Shown piece by piece: positions 20,410-31,488 of a stretch of 64,000 bases of DNA. The translations under genes and the position numbers were made by a program. How positions within the stretch are numbered: position 1 is the first letter of the stretch; each line of letters opens with the position of its first letter. The stretch covers positions 1-64,000 of the forward strand of contig JALAGF010002086.1 in the NCBI GenBank assembly GCA_030167865.1, given 5' to 3'. This stretch comes from Craspedostauros australis (taxonomy: Eukaryota). Under the pieces are notes generated by a model. That model worked only from the letters and a program-made list of their open reading frames with translations, did not search any database and was not told where the DNA came from.

Positions 20410-21771
20410 ATGGGTCTGTTCTCGACCCTCGGAGGCTCGGCGTCCGCATCGGGACCGTCGGTGGCCAGCAGCTCGTCGGTCATCCCCACCGTGGTGCAGC
20501 TGTACGCCGACAAGCCGATCCAGCTGGACGTGGCGAACGCCAAGGTCAACGCCTACACCGCCATGACCTACCAGGCCGTCCAGGTGGCGTCGAGCAACGA
20601 GGAGCTCAAGAACAAGCACCAGAACCCCGATCTGGGCGTGTGGAACTGCGCCGTCAAGAAGACTCCCGTCGCCATCGCCGATGAGGACAAGTCGCCGCCG
20701 CTCGTGGATCACGTGCTCAACAAGATCATCGGCGGCAGCACCGCGCCGGGCGCCTTCACCAAGAACACCTACATCCTCACCGTCGATCTGTCGGGCGGCG
20801 AGGAGGCGCTGTCCAAGGTGGAGCCGACGATATCGCTGCTGCAGGAGGCCTTGATTCGCCATTTCATCGAACATCCGCCCGCTTCGTCTCCTGCTCGTGA
20901 TGCGGACGCGGCTGCGACCAATGATGGGGCGCATGGAGACGACGGCGATGTCGAATCATACCAAACAGCCACGACCACCCTGTTCGATCTCAAGGCCACG
21001 AGGTTTGGTCTGGCGCCAGAAGACACGAAATCGTTGGCGACGCAGGAGCAGACCGCCTCCGATCGCGATGTCAAGTTCTGCCTCATGATCTGCGCCATCA
21101 TGCCGATCGAGCCCGACGAGCCGGTGGCGGAAGTGTCCTACCGCACGAAGCAGGCCAAGGAGCTGGTCATCTACCATCTCCGCCGGTACGCGTACGCCCT
21201 CAACACCACCCTGTGCTTCGTCGCGCCCGATTCCGGTGCGGTCCCTGCTGCCGATGGTAGCGCCGCCGCTGGCGAGGAGGCCACCGTGCGAGCCCAGCAG
21301 CAGCCGACCGTGCCATTCTCCGAGGTCGGTCAGCTGTGGAGAGACCTCGCGCTCGACAAGCCCATCTGGGGCGACGCGGCCGGTGACGAAGTTTCGCCGC
21401 TTGAGGATATTGAAGAGGCTGTCGCCAACCCCACATCGGCGCTGTACGGTCCCGGCAAGCACCAGGAGGATCTCATCGAGAGCGTCCTCCTGCGCAACGC
21501 GCATTGTCCCGGACATTGGGAGGCCAACAAGGACAGTTTGTGGGTGGCATTGCCGGCCGCTCAGGCCAAGGGTGATGACGGTCCCGAAACACCCTCCGGC
21601 GATCAAAGTTGGCTCACGCAACTGCGGGATTCCATCGCCTCCGCCATGGACCAAGCCAAGCTGCCTGCCACGCCCAACAAGAAGGACGGCGACGAGGATG
21701 CGGCGGCGACGCCCGATGGCAAGGATCCGGCGCTGTCCAGTTTCTTCCAAGGTCTGCTCAACAAGCCATAG
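20410..21771 (+). CDS. Cytoplasmic dynein light intermediate chain-like protein (divergent)
   Basis: YILTVDLS; IYHLRRYAYALNTTLCFV (compare the DLIC motif QSHLRRFCLxYGAALxY); PGHW; C-terminal amphipathic helix ALSSFFQGLLNK (compare VLANFFNSLL). Confidence 0.65.
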   Translation: MGLFSTLGGSASASGPSVASSSSVIPTVVQLYADKPIQLDVANAKVNAYTAMTYQAVQVASSNEELKNKHQNPDLGVWNCAVKKTPVAIADEDKSPPLVDHVLNKIIGGSTAPGAFTKNTYILTVDLSGGEEALSKVEPTISLLQEALIRHFIEHPPASSPARDADAAATNDGAHGDDGDVESYQTATTTLFDLKATRFGLAPEDTKSLATQEQTASDRDVKFCLMICAIMPIEPDEPVAEVSYRTKQAKELVIYHLRRYAYALNTTLCFVAPDSGAVPAADGSAAAGEEATVRAQQQPTVPFSEVGQLWRDLALDKPIWGDAAGDEVSPLEDIEEAVANPTSALYGPGKHQEDLIESVLLRNAHCPGHWEANKDSLWVALPAAQAKGDDGPETPSGDQSWLTQLRDSIASAMDQAKLPATPNKKDGDEDAAATPDGKDPALSSFFQGLLNKP

Positions 21772-22202
21772 GATGTGTCGAATGTCAACAAACCGGCGTA
21801 CTCGTAGCGCCGTTCGTTGCCGCATCATTGTGGATGCGTGCACTTGGACAGTAATACTCCAGTATGGCACGTACGAGTACAACAAGTATTATAATAACGA
21901 TAACAACAACGTCGCAGACAAGCACTGCAAGAGTATGGTGGAGTACTTGTCTGTGATCTCTCCCTGGAAGAATGGCATGGACTATAATGTGAGCTTGAGT
22001 ATGAAACAAACTATCATGTTTTATTCGTGTAGAGTATGCAAGTTCGGGTGGCATAGCGGCCGTTCCTGGTAACACATTGGTTGTCTTTGTCTTGTTGGAT
22101 GGTGCTGGTTGCATCTTGTTAACCGATCAATCAATCAATTCATTCATTGGGCAATCCATCCATCCATCGATTAATCTATCCATTCATGCATGCATTCATT
22201 GA

Positions 22203-24903
22203 TCACCTCTCCACTCGCTTCATGAGGATGGTCTTCTTGGGTTCCGGGAACGGAAAGATCGTCATGGGGCGCTGCGGAAGCTCTGATCGGAGGCTGTTCT
22301 CGCGTGCGGCCCATTCATCTTCGTCTTCGAACATGCCGCCGCTACCACCCATCTCCATGTCAAAGCTGCCTCGCATCATTGTTGGTGAACCCAGAGAAAT
22401 ATCGCCCGAGTTGCATCTCTGTTTGCTGCCGTGGAATGACCCACTCAAGACATTATGGACTCGGCGGATGAGCGTACGTTTGACGGCCATCATGGGGCGG
22501 TAGTTCTTCAGGAATGTGATCAGGAACACCTTCGTTTGTAGCACCAGCAGGGGCACTTCCAGACCCTCTAATGGCAGAAATCCACCTCTGCGCGGAGAAA
22601 TGTGAAGGAGGGCAGTGCAGAGAATGGAGCATGCGATGTTATGTGTGGTATGCAGGGGTGGTGATCATCATGTGCATCAGTTTGGGCGCAGACCAAGCCA
22701 AATTGCCCATGGGTGTTCGGATGATGAAATGCATGTCATGAAAGTGTGAGATGGCAGTGACAGCAATGCAAGTAACGATGCATGCGACAATAGTCGCACA
22801 ATGCGCTATGCACAACATACTCGGATGTGCGAGTGGAACAAGCATGACGGTACGAGTACAATACTCTCGCGAAGCAGGCGCAACAGAGAGTACTCACAGC
22901 TCTTCGGTCGGGTACATCATGCCCATGTTTTCCGGCTTCTTGTGCATCGCCTTTTGGAAGTTGCATTTGGGATCCGTGTAGTTGCACAGGATGATGTTGG
23001 AATGCTTGGGGATTTGGACGTCGTCAATTTCGACGGTTTGGTTGGTCGTTCGTAGACCGCCCATAAAGTCGGGACACATGCGCATGGACTCGTAGATGAG
23101 GGCGTTCATCTTGACCATCTTCTCCATCACGAAGGGTGTGCAGAGTCGTTCCTCGCCGTACGCGTCGATGAGGCGAGTTAATTCTTTCTGTACCATGTCG
23201 TATGCCGTGGGTTCGCGTGCCAGTATCTGAAGTGCCATCGCGGTCCATGCCTGGCCAACCTCGAGCATGAGCCAAAGGAGTATGGAAATCTCGCTCGTCG
23301 CCTCCTTCGTCATGCTGTTGCCGTATTCATCTTCGGCTCGAAGCATCTGATCCAGGACAGAGCGTTGCTTTTCACGAACGGGTATATCTGCCAAGTCCTC
23401 CTCGCCATCATTCCCTTCGCCATCGGCGGTGCTGTTGTTGTGATCGCCAGCAATGGTCAGGCCGGCCTTGGGTGACAGGTTCGGCGCTGTGTAGGCGCGT
23501 TGCCTCCTTGTCACTGTCTCGTGCTGATTTGGCGGCAGTAGTCGTACACGGAGACTCTCATCTTCGCTGCCACCAGTGCCTCCCGTCTTGTCAGCAAAGT
23601 CAGATTCAGATAGTGAGCGTGATCGCCGGTGCAGATTCTGGAGCGCGCCACGGGCCATCATGACGTTTCTCCGCTTCAGCAACTCGCCGGTCATGTTGAG
23701 GATCGGGAGTTGGAAACCCAGCGTGGAGTTGGATTCGACGGAGACTACAGACGAAGCCACTGATAACGCGTCACCGGATTCCGGTCTTGACTTGGATCGG
23801 GATGCGTCGCTGGTGTGACGTTGCGTCATATCCGGCTTGCCTATGGCCTCATCCGTCGGTTCGACCTTGAAGAGCTGCTCCTCACGTTCATCCACATGCT
23901 TGGCGACGACGTCCCTGATGCCTTTTTGTGCGTACAGGGCGCGTTCGTAGGCGCTGAAACGCCACATTTGCAGCCACTTGGCACCGAGGAACATCTTGAT
24001 ATGACACATGCCGAACTTGATGCGCTCCATCCACAAGAGCATCATCTCTCGCCGCACCTTCTTCGTGTTATCGGTTTCCTCGAGGATGAACTCGTCCTCG
24101 AATCGTTCATCTGGTTCATCGAACATTGCAGCGCTGTCGCTGGGGTACGATCGTTGATCGTTTCTGTTGTACAAGCCAAGACCGAGGACCGGTCCGTCGA
24201 CCAGATCCATGGTGTAGGAACGCAGGGCATCCCACCGCACCTTGTGGCCCAGATCCATGTCGTCGTCATCCAGTCCGCTCGCTTGCTTCCTCCATCGCTT
24301 TCGCTTCTCTTCGCGCTTCGCCTTCCTTCTGCGTTGCTCCATCTTGCGACTGTCAAAGCTCCCATCGACAATGTCCTCCAGGCAACGTTCGGCAGCGATG
24401 GCAAAGGCTGGCGCCAGCTTGATGACGTTGGCCTGACTGAGTGGGCCGCACAGCATGGTGCGTAGCGTGTCGGCCTTGTCCTCATCGAGGAACTGAAAGC
24501 AGTGCTCCCCCAGCAGATCCTTCGGCTGATGCCACGCCCAGCTCTGTCGCAAGTCACCTTCCTCCATCATGCGGCGCACGCGTTCGGGGCCGTTGACCAC
24601 GACCCTCCATTTGCCCCACACGAAGATGGAGAATACAGTCCCGATGGCGCGCGAACATGGCACGTACCGCCACTCCTTCCAATTGGGTGGAAATAGCAAC
24701 GCGATGTCCCCACCCACGTCCAGAAACAAGTTGGTATGTCCCAGGACGGGCATCGCGTAATTCCCGCTTAACGCTCTGGGCGGAACTGGCTTGTGGGAGC
24801 TGGCATCTCGTCGTGGACCCGAGAATATTTGCACGACTGTGAGGTAGGCATAGTAGATGATGGCAAGGCCAACAATCGCGATGCAGACGAATGGCTGTGT
24901 CAT
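22203..24903 (-). CDS. Cytochrome P450-fold protein lacking the heme-thiolate Cys motif, 2 exons
   Basis: N-terminal TM, Pro hinge PVPP..MPVLGHT, VVVNGPE, K-helix ExxR (YESMRMCP) and VEIDDVQIPK. Intron 22897-22588 (GTGAGT..GCAG) joins YPTEEL|GGFLPLEGLEVPLLVLQTKVFLITFLKNY. Confidence 0.8.
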
Positions 24904-25653
24904 GTGCCAATATGTACCATGCGAGTACGAGTATAAGAGTCCAGTACCCAGGAGTTGAGTATTGAATCACACCGCATTGAATCACATCGCATCCCAGTTT
25001 GTTGCATCAGGTTCCGTGTGGATGCAGGTTCGAATGCAGATGCACAAGCGTGGAAACAGTTCGAGGTGACACCGGATCGTGCATCGATGGTTATGAATGG
25101 ACGCGTGGTCGCATTCGACGATTACGAAACAGAGGGACAGGGCGGCAACCAGGATGTCGCCATTCCAGGTGATTTGAGTTTTGAATGTGTTGGTGGTATG
25201 ATGGCGGAAGAATGGGAACGCATCGATCGATCGGTCGAGAGATGCGAATGCAGAGACGGGCGTTGAGGAGGGAGAAACGTGAGTCAGATGGAGGCGTTCT
25301 GGGCAGCAGGAAGATGCATGGAATGTACGAGTAAACCAGCAAGCAAGCAAACAAGGCGGGGGCATGAATGTTGGAGATGCGTGTTGTCCCCTGCGTTCGT
25401 GCCTTCATGTTACTCGCTTGGCGTGACACTCTTGGTGTGACACTCTTGGTGTTCCGTGATGTTCACATCCACTCGGCATTGCGTGCAACACGAATGGATG
25501 GCTGTCCACGAAACGTCTCCAAGCATTTTGATGGTCTGCTGGAGTGTGGAGGTCCTTGTGTGTTGGCTTGTTGGGTGCGTGCCGGAGAAGGACGATCGAT
25601 CTCACGGTGAAGCTTGCGGGAAAGATCGATGTGCGTGTTTCCCTCTTTCCTTC

Positions 25654-25704
25654 GTTGGTTCGTTGCTTGGTTGGTTCGTTGCTTGGTTGGTTCGTTGCTT
25701 GGTT
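25654..25704. repeat. 16-bp tandem repeat (TTGGTTCGTTGCTTGG) x3
   Basis: ttggttcgttgcttgg ttggttcgttgcttgg ttggttcgttgcttgg tta. Confidence 0.8.
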
Positions 25705-26164
25705 AGCTCGTCTGAAACGATGGAACGATGCAACCTGACCACCTGATGATGCCGTCTCTGCTTCCAACGCTTTGCCATGGTGCTTCTGTCCAAGTAGACT
25801 CCTCAACAAGAAGCCAGCACGCGTATTTGTCGGCCATACGAGACAGCGAACCAGGAAGCACGACGCTTCACTCTTCGCCATACTCACCATTGTGAATTCC
25901 CTCCAAAATGCCTGAGCCAATGTCTTCCTTTCGTTGAGATGCTTCTTCGTCTCTCTGCCTTTGAATGCTCGGAGAGAGTGCAGTGCAGCGTAGCGCAATC
26001 GCAGTTAGTCTCTCGCGATGATCTCGTTCGAGAAAGGCGATGCTGCGTATCCGATGTGTGCGAGCCGATACCTGAATGACCACTGTTCTGTTATGCTGAT
26101 GTTGTCTGATGTCGTCTGGATTGTGGGAGGATGGACAACCAGATGGCAAGTCCGATAAAATGGA

Positions 26165-26167
<3 letters not shown>

Positions 26168-26202
<35 letters not shown>

Positions 26203-26212
26203 TTGTTGTTGT
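26168..26212. repeat. (GCT)n followed by (GTT)n microsatellite
   Basis: About ten GCT units, then gttgttgttgtg. Confidence 0.85.
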
Positions 26213-27681
26213 GGTGATGTCTGTGTCCACGGATGGCCTTTCCTGCTCCTGCTCCTGTTCTTTCGGTTGCTGTGTTGCTCTCTCTCCCGTGTGGTGGCCG
26301 GACTGCCCTCTCTTGCCACAAACGGTCACAAAGCACCCTCCGTGGAATGCGCGTGGCGTGTGAAAGCGCGCGAACTGGGCACACCAACCAAGAAGCCTCG
26401 GTATGAGAGAGGGGAAACACACAGAAACGAACACAGACTCGTACGCTCTCTCTCCAAAGCAACAAACTCCCCTCTCCCAAGGGATCTTTTCTCACCACGT
26501 TCGTTGCCTCCCTGTTCGCTTTGAGGCCTGAGCAGTCAGCGTGGTGCTGTGCCACGAAACTTGGCGTGTTTGTCGCACACGCGTGTGTTCACTCGCACGA
26601 TGTGCCATTGCGAAGCGCGGATGTCCCACTAACACAATTCAAATGCTCGCTTGATGGTTGGTCTTTTTGTCATTCTTCTTGCGTCCAAGACGGACAAAGG
26701 GAAACGCCACTCGACTTCCTTCCTTCTTTTCCTTTCTTTCTTCGGCTTCCCACCACAACCACAGAACGGAGACCGAAACACACATTTTTTGGAGGAACAA
26801 CGACAAAAATAACAATTAAATTCCGCGAACGGGAGAAACACACCAAAAACAAATTGATGGCCGACGCGCAATGCGCACGCTGCGAACATGAGCAGCGCAT
26901 CAAGGTGGAGACAGAAACAAGCTCAACCATTTCACGACTTCTGATTGGAGGAGATTGGCGAAAAACAGTGAACAGACGCTTCGCTCTCGTGTTTGGCATC
27001 ATTCCAGTGACGAGAAGACAGAATGCTGGCGCTTAATACGACACAAAACTGTCTCAATAGTAGTCTTTCTGAATATGGTTTTATCAAAGACACGCCCACG
27101 ACACGGATCGTTAAACAAAGGGCTCTTCATTTCGATTTTCGCATCACGACCAAACGGAGCTAAAGCACGGTTTGTGTATAACGTTCTGATGTCTTGGGTC
27201 TTTCTGTCGAGAAGAGGGCATTTGAGCGGGTTTGGCCGATCGTGATCAGCGGCTGCCGCTTGGGCTCATTTCGCCAAAGTTTGTTTGCGCATTTGTTCTC
27301 ACAAAATCTGATCCATCGGATTCCGTGAGTGCGAGCGTGTCCATCCAAACGTCGATCTGAGTCAAGAGCAACGTCTGAATCACGAGATTTGATTCGCGAA
27401 TGACGTTGCGGGAATGATTCCATATCTCCAAAACATCACTCCGACAGTAACAACAGAACAACAACAAAAAACATGTGCAAACCGCAGCCACAAACAGAAC
27501 GAGGACAACAGCGGCAGAATCGTTGGATGTGCGGGTGTCTCCCTCCAACAATCGCCTCGCGCCAACACATGCACACACTTTCACACAACACAAGTTTTCA
27601 TTCCACAATCGCATCTTCGCACACCCTCCATCCATTCCATTCCATTACTATTGCTATTACTATTACAGTTCATGCACAACG

Positions 27682-28968
27682 ATGACAGATTCTTCTGCCG
27701 CCTTCATTGGAACGTCGCTCGTGGAGGCGTTGGGAGTGTTGCCTCACCATGCATCCGATTCACCTGACGCCCAACGCTCTGCATCGCATGGGTCCATTCC
27801 ATCCGCAGCAAATGGCACAAACGCGCAGGCAGCAGACCTCGCGGACCGCCGTTCCCGACATGCACGTGCCCCATGCATGCTGTTCCCCAAAGGCGTTCAC
27901 TCGGTGAAGCAACCTTCCCGTGTACTTCTGCGTGGTCCCAAGTCCGCCGGCAAGACCAGCATCGCGATGGATTTGGCGTATGCGGTGGCATCGAATGCTC
28001 CCTGCCGCTGCGGACGATCCAAGCATGTTTGCGAATGCATTGCCGTGGTATTCTTCTGCCCCTTGCCAGTCTCGCACAATCAACAGCAGCAACAGTCTCA
28101 ACAATTTCAGGATTATGAGCATGGTCATTCGCCAACGACAGCGGCGCAATCCGCCAAATTCCCAATGCGCTGTTTCCAAATCCAAGACGACGACCCCATG
28201 CAGCCGCAGTCGCGGCAGAACACTTGGAGTGCCAATATCCTGCGGCGCATTGAAATCCGGCACGTCTCATCCTTCAAGGACATTGCCAAGTACCTGCTCA
28301 CCGTCCAAAGCCTGCCAAGCAACGCGCAGCCAAGCCACGGCTTCGTCATCGATGATCTCGACAAGTTCGTGTGGCAGAACACGATGGATGACTCCCTTGC
28401 CCAAACGAGGGCGTTGCAACTGTGTAAGTGTTCGATCGGAGAAGAGCGGATTCTGTATTGGTACAGCATGGAGTTGCACTCGAGTACTCTGCTCTATGGA
28501 AGTCGACATGATGTGACAGTGATGTCTAGTCCTTTCACTCCATGTTTGATCTCGTTGACGAAGCATCTCACATGCATCCCATACCTTTCTTTCTGTCCCT
28601 TATCACTTTCATACGCATACGCATACATATGGATTTGCATCTGCACAAACGCAACAACGCCGAGAACAGTCGCGCTCATGGTGAATGCAGCCAACAGTCT
28701 CAGCGTCGTTCATCATACATGCCCATTCGTCTTGGCAACTACGCAGCACAGCATCTCCGCGCCGCTGATGAACATGTTCGTGACAATATCGACATCGAAA
28801 TGGCCGCTGCGATTGAGCAGGCGATTGCACAACGAGGACACCATACAGGCGCATTGGAAGCTGGTAGTGACGGAAATGATGGAGGATATGCAGGTGGAGC
28901 ACAAGAACGTCACCTACTGTCAGACGAGCAGAGATCGCACCACCTGTGTGCGTTGGATGGAGGGTTGA
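27682..28968 (+). CDS. RecA-fold ATPase, SWSAP1-like (Shu complex), 2 exons
   Basis: Walker A VLLRGPKSAGKTS, ILRRIEIRHVSSFKDIAKYL and Walker B GFVIDDLDKF. Predicted intron 28424-28669 (GTAAGT..AACAG). Confidence 0.65.
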   Translation: MTDSSAAFIGTSLVEALGVLPHHASDSPDAQRSASHGSIPSAANGTNAQAADLADRRSRHARAPCMLFPKGVHSVKQPSRVLLRGPKSAGKTSIAMDLAYAVASNAPCRCGRSKHVCECIAVVFFCPLPVSHNQQQQQSQQFQDYEHGHSPTTAAQSAKFPMRCFQIQDDDPMQPQSRQNTWSANILRRIEIRHVSSFKDIAKYLLTVQSLPSNAQPSHGFVIDDLDKFVWQNTMDDSLAQTRALQLCKCSIGEERILYWYSMELHSSTLLYGSRHDVTVMSSPFTPCLISLTKHLTCIPYLSFCPLSLSYAYAYIWICICTNATTPRTVALMVNAANSLSVVHHTCPFVLATTQHSISAPLMNMFVTISTSKWPLRLSRRLHNEDTIQAHWKLVVTEMMEDMQVEHKNVTYCQTSRDRTTCVRWMEG

Positions 28969-31488
28969 TAGCCACCGAAGCAATGACGGTAGTAATGGCG
29001 GCTATGTCGATGGTCGTGGCGTAATGATTAAAAATCAATTCTATTCTACACACACAAGGAGAGACAAGTATTTTTTGTTTTTTTTCTGTGGCAACAGATG
29101 CGAACCGCTCTCTGTGATGAACGAGCACTCCGAGTTCACGAATGCGTCAGTTCTGCGGATGCGGAATTCGGGTGTCCACGCGCGGCAGATGTCAAGGTTG
29201 AACGAAGGAAGAGGAATCGTTCGCATCCCATGGATTCCTTGCGAACGAACACGAAGCGAACGCTCTTCCTGACTTTTCATTGTATCATGACATTCGGAAT
29301 GAGTGATGAATCAGCGGTCTCTAGCTTCGATGGAAGATAGATAGCATTGCTCTGCTCCTTGGTGTGCGTCTTGGCGATACTCGTTGTGGAGAGCAAAGCG
29401 TGCACTCAGTGTATCCACTCGTACGCATTGTAGAGAGTCACAGTCAGCCCATTGGTTCTGAAAGGGTTCGTTCAGCAGGAATCTCAAGCAAGTGCAAGCA
29501 TAGCAGGTGTGCTGGCATTCTGTTGCATCGTGTTCAGAGACCAAATGCTCAACCAATGCACTAGATACCCTTCGTCTACGAAAGTTGTAATTGGTGGCCA
29601 TACAAGATCTGATATGTTGCTTCTCTCTCTCTCTCTCTCTCTACGTATCCACCACCGCTATCAACAATAGTTCTACATTGCTTGTGGCAGTTGCGATGAT
29701 GACATCTTCCAGATTTCGTGTTTTGTGGATCTTCGTCCGAGTCGGGCAGAATCTCATCCCACATTTTCTACGTGACATCAGCGTTGAAGCTGTACCGGAT
29801 GTCACGTGTGAAACGAAGGGGAGGAGGCGATGTCAGAAAAACGCTGAAAGATGCCGTCAATCGCAAACCTGTCACGAACAAAATGATAAAACTGCGTACA
29901 CGAAGACGCGCGAGAAAGGGTGAGATCCAGTCGTCATTCAACATCGTGCCTACACGAGTACGAGTATTCGTATGGCACACCTCTCCCTCTCTCTGTGTGT
30001 GTGTGTGGTGCTCATCTGCCACATGCAGGTTTGCGCGATGATGTCCCCAGCGTTTTGTGTTTCGGTTTGTTCTCTTCCACCACATTCTTCCTTTCGAAGA
30101 AGAATCCCACGAGAGACAGGAACCAAACAAGGCAAACGAATCGCCATCACGTGCGCGCGCCTCCGTGATTGATGATGAGATGACATGGGAGATGAGAAGA
30201 GACGGAAGGCAGTGAGACACATGGTGAGACAGACACACAGAGGGGCTGAGTGGCGGTAACGACGACAACTGCAACAACAACGAGAACAACAACGACCACC
30301 ATTCTCACTGCATGTTCTCAGCATCACCATCAACCACAAAAACGTGAGGCAGACAACCACACACACAATCACGCGCAATCGGACTCATCACACCTCCCTT
30401 TCATCACAAAATACAGAGAGGAACCTCACAACAAACTCAACTCAGAACAACCCATCACGGCACAGCATCCAAGCGCGGCACCATTCGCGTACGAGTACAT
30501 CCCAAAGATCGTCCCAGTGGTAAGATCATGCAGATCATCATCGTGCTCGCCAGTATTCTATGATGTAATTCGTTGCAGCGATGATGACAACAGCCTAGCA
30601 GTAAGAGGGATGGCGATGGGCCTGTTTGGAACAGCAGTTGGATCCGCACTCTGTGCCCCCACCACCTGGCCGAGAGGAATCAACCAGCAACTAAACAAAG
30701 CGAAACGCATCCCAGATCAATCTTTGCATCCAGCCACATCCCGCTGGTGTTCGGAGCAGCAGTTCAAGGCGATACTCGTGCGAGCATGAAATGTGGATTC
30801 TCTTCGTTTCGCAAAGGAGACGAGGAAGCATCGCGACATCGCCAGGTGGAAGTGAGGGAGAGGTGACAGCTGCAGCTCTTCTTGTCCATGCTCTCTCTCT
30901 CTCTCTTCTTCCGAATTCCTCCTCACCTATCTTTCTCATCATCTTCATTCTCCATCAAACTCCATCATACTCGTGCCCTGCACTTCCATCATTCTCAAAC
31001 GCTGACCCAACGTCCATTCCGCGCGCGCCTCTATGTTCTGTCGTGCTCTTGATCATTTGCCCATGCAGCACAAACACGACAGCGTTCGAGAACGTCCACG
31101 ATACCAATAAGAACCCACACAGCGACACTGTCGGTTCTGGTTCACCATCCTTCCGCATTCATTGATTTGGACGTGAAGCCGCTCCCACCGCCCACAACAC
31201 CCCCTTGACAGCCCTGACTGATCCGTCGTCGCTGTGCAAACCCACTCGATTCGCAAGCAACTGCGTCAAGGACCACAGCGGTAGCAACAACGACAGAACT
31301 GCTCTCGCTCTCTCTTGGGAGAAGCAGCAACCAACCAGTAACCACCACCAGAAAATCCCAGTGGCAGAATCGTCGGATCCGAACCAACTGCTTTCTTTCG
31401 CAAAAAAGATTTCGGAACGAGGCGGGAATACCCTTGTGCCTCTTTCGACAACACCACGACCACAGTACGAGTCCACGAAGGCGATCCG

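Noticed and set aside
20956-21885. 309-aa antisense ORF over the DLIC-like gene
   Set aside because: Expected by-product of strong codon bias on the sense strand.
8090-24903. Sulfotransferase plus P450 as a biosynthetic gene cluster
   Set aside because: They are 13 kb apart with housekeeping genes between them, there is no scaffold synthase, and the P450 appears non-catalytic.
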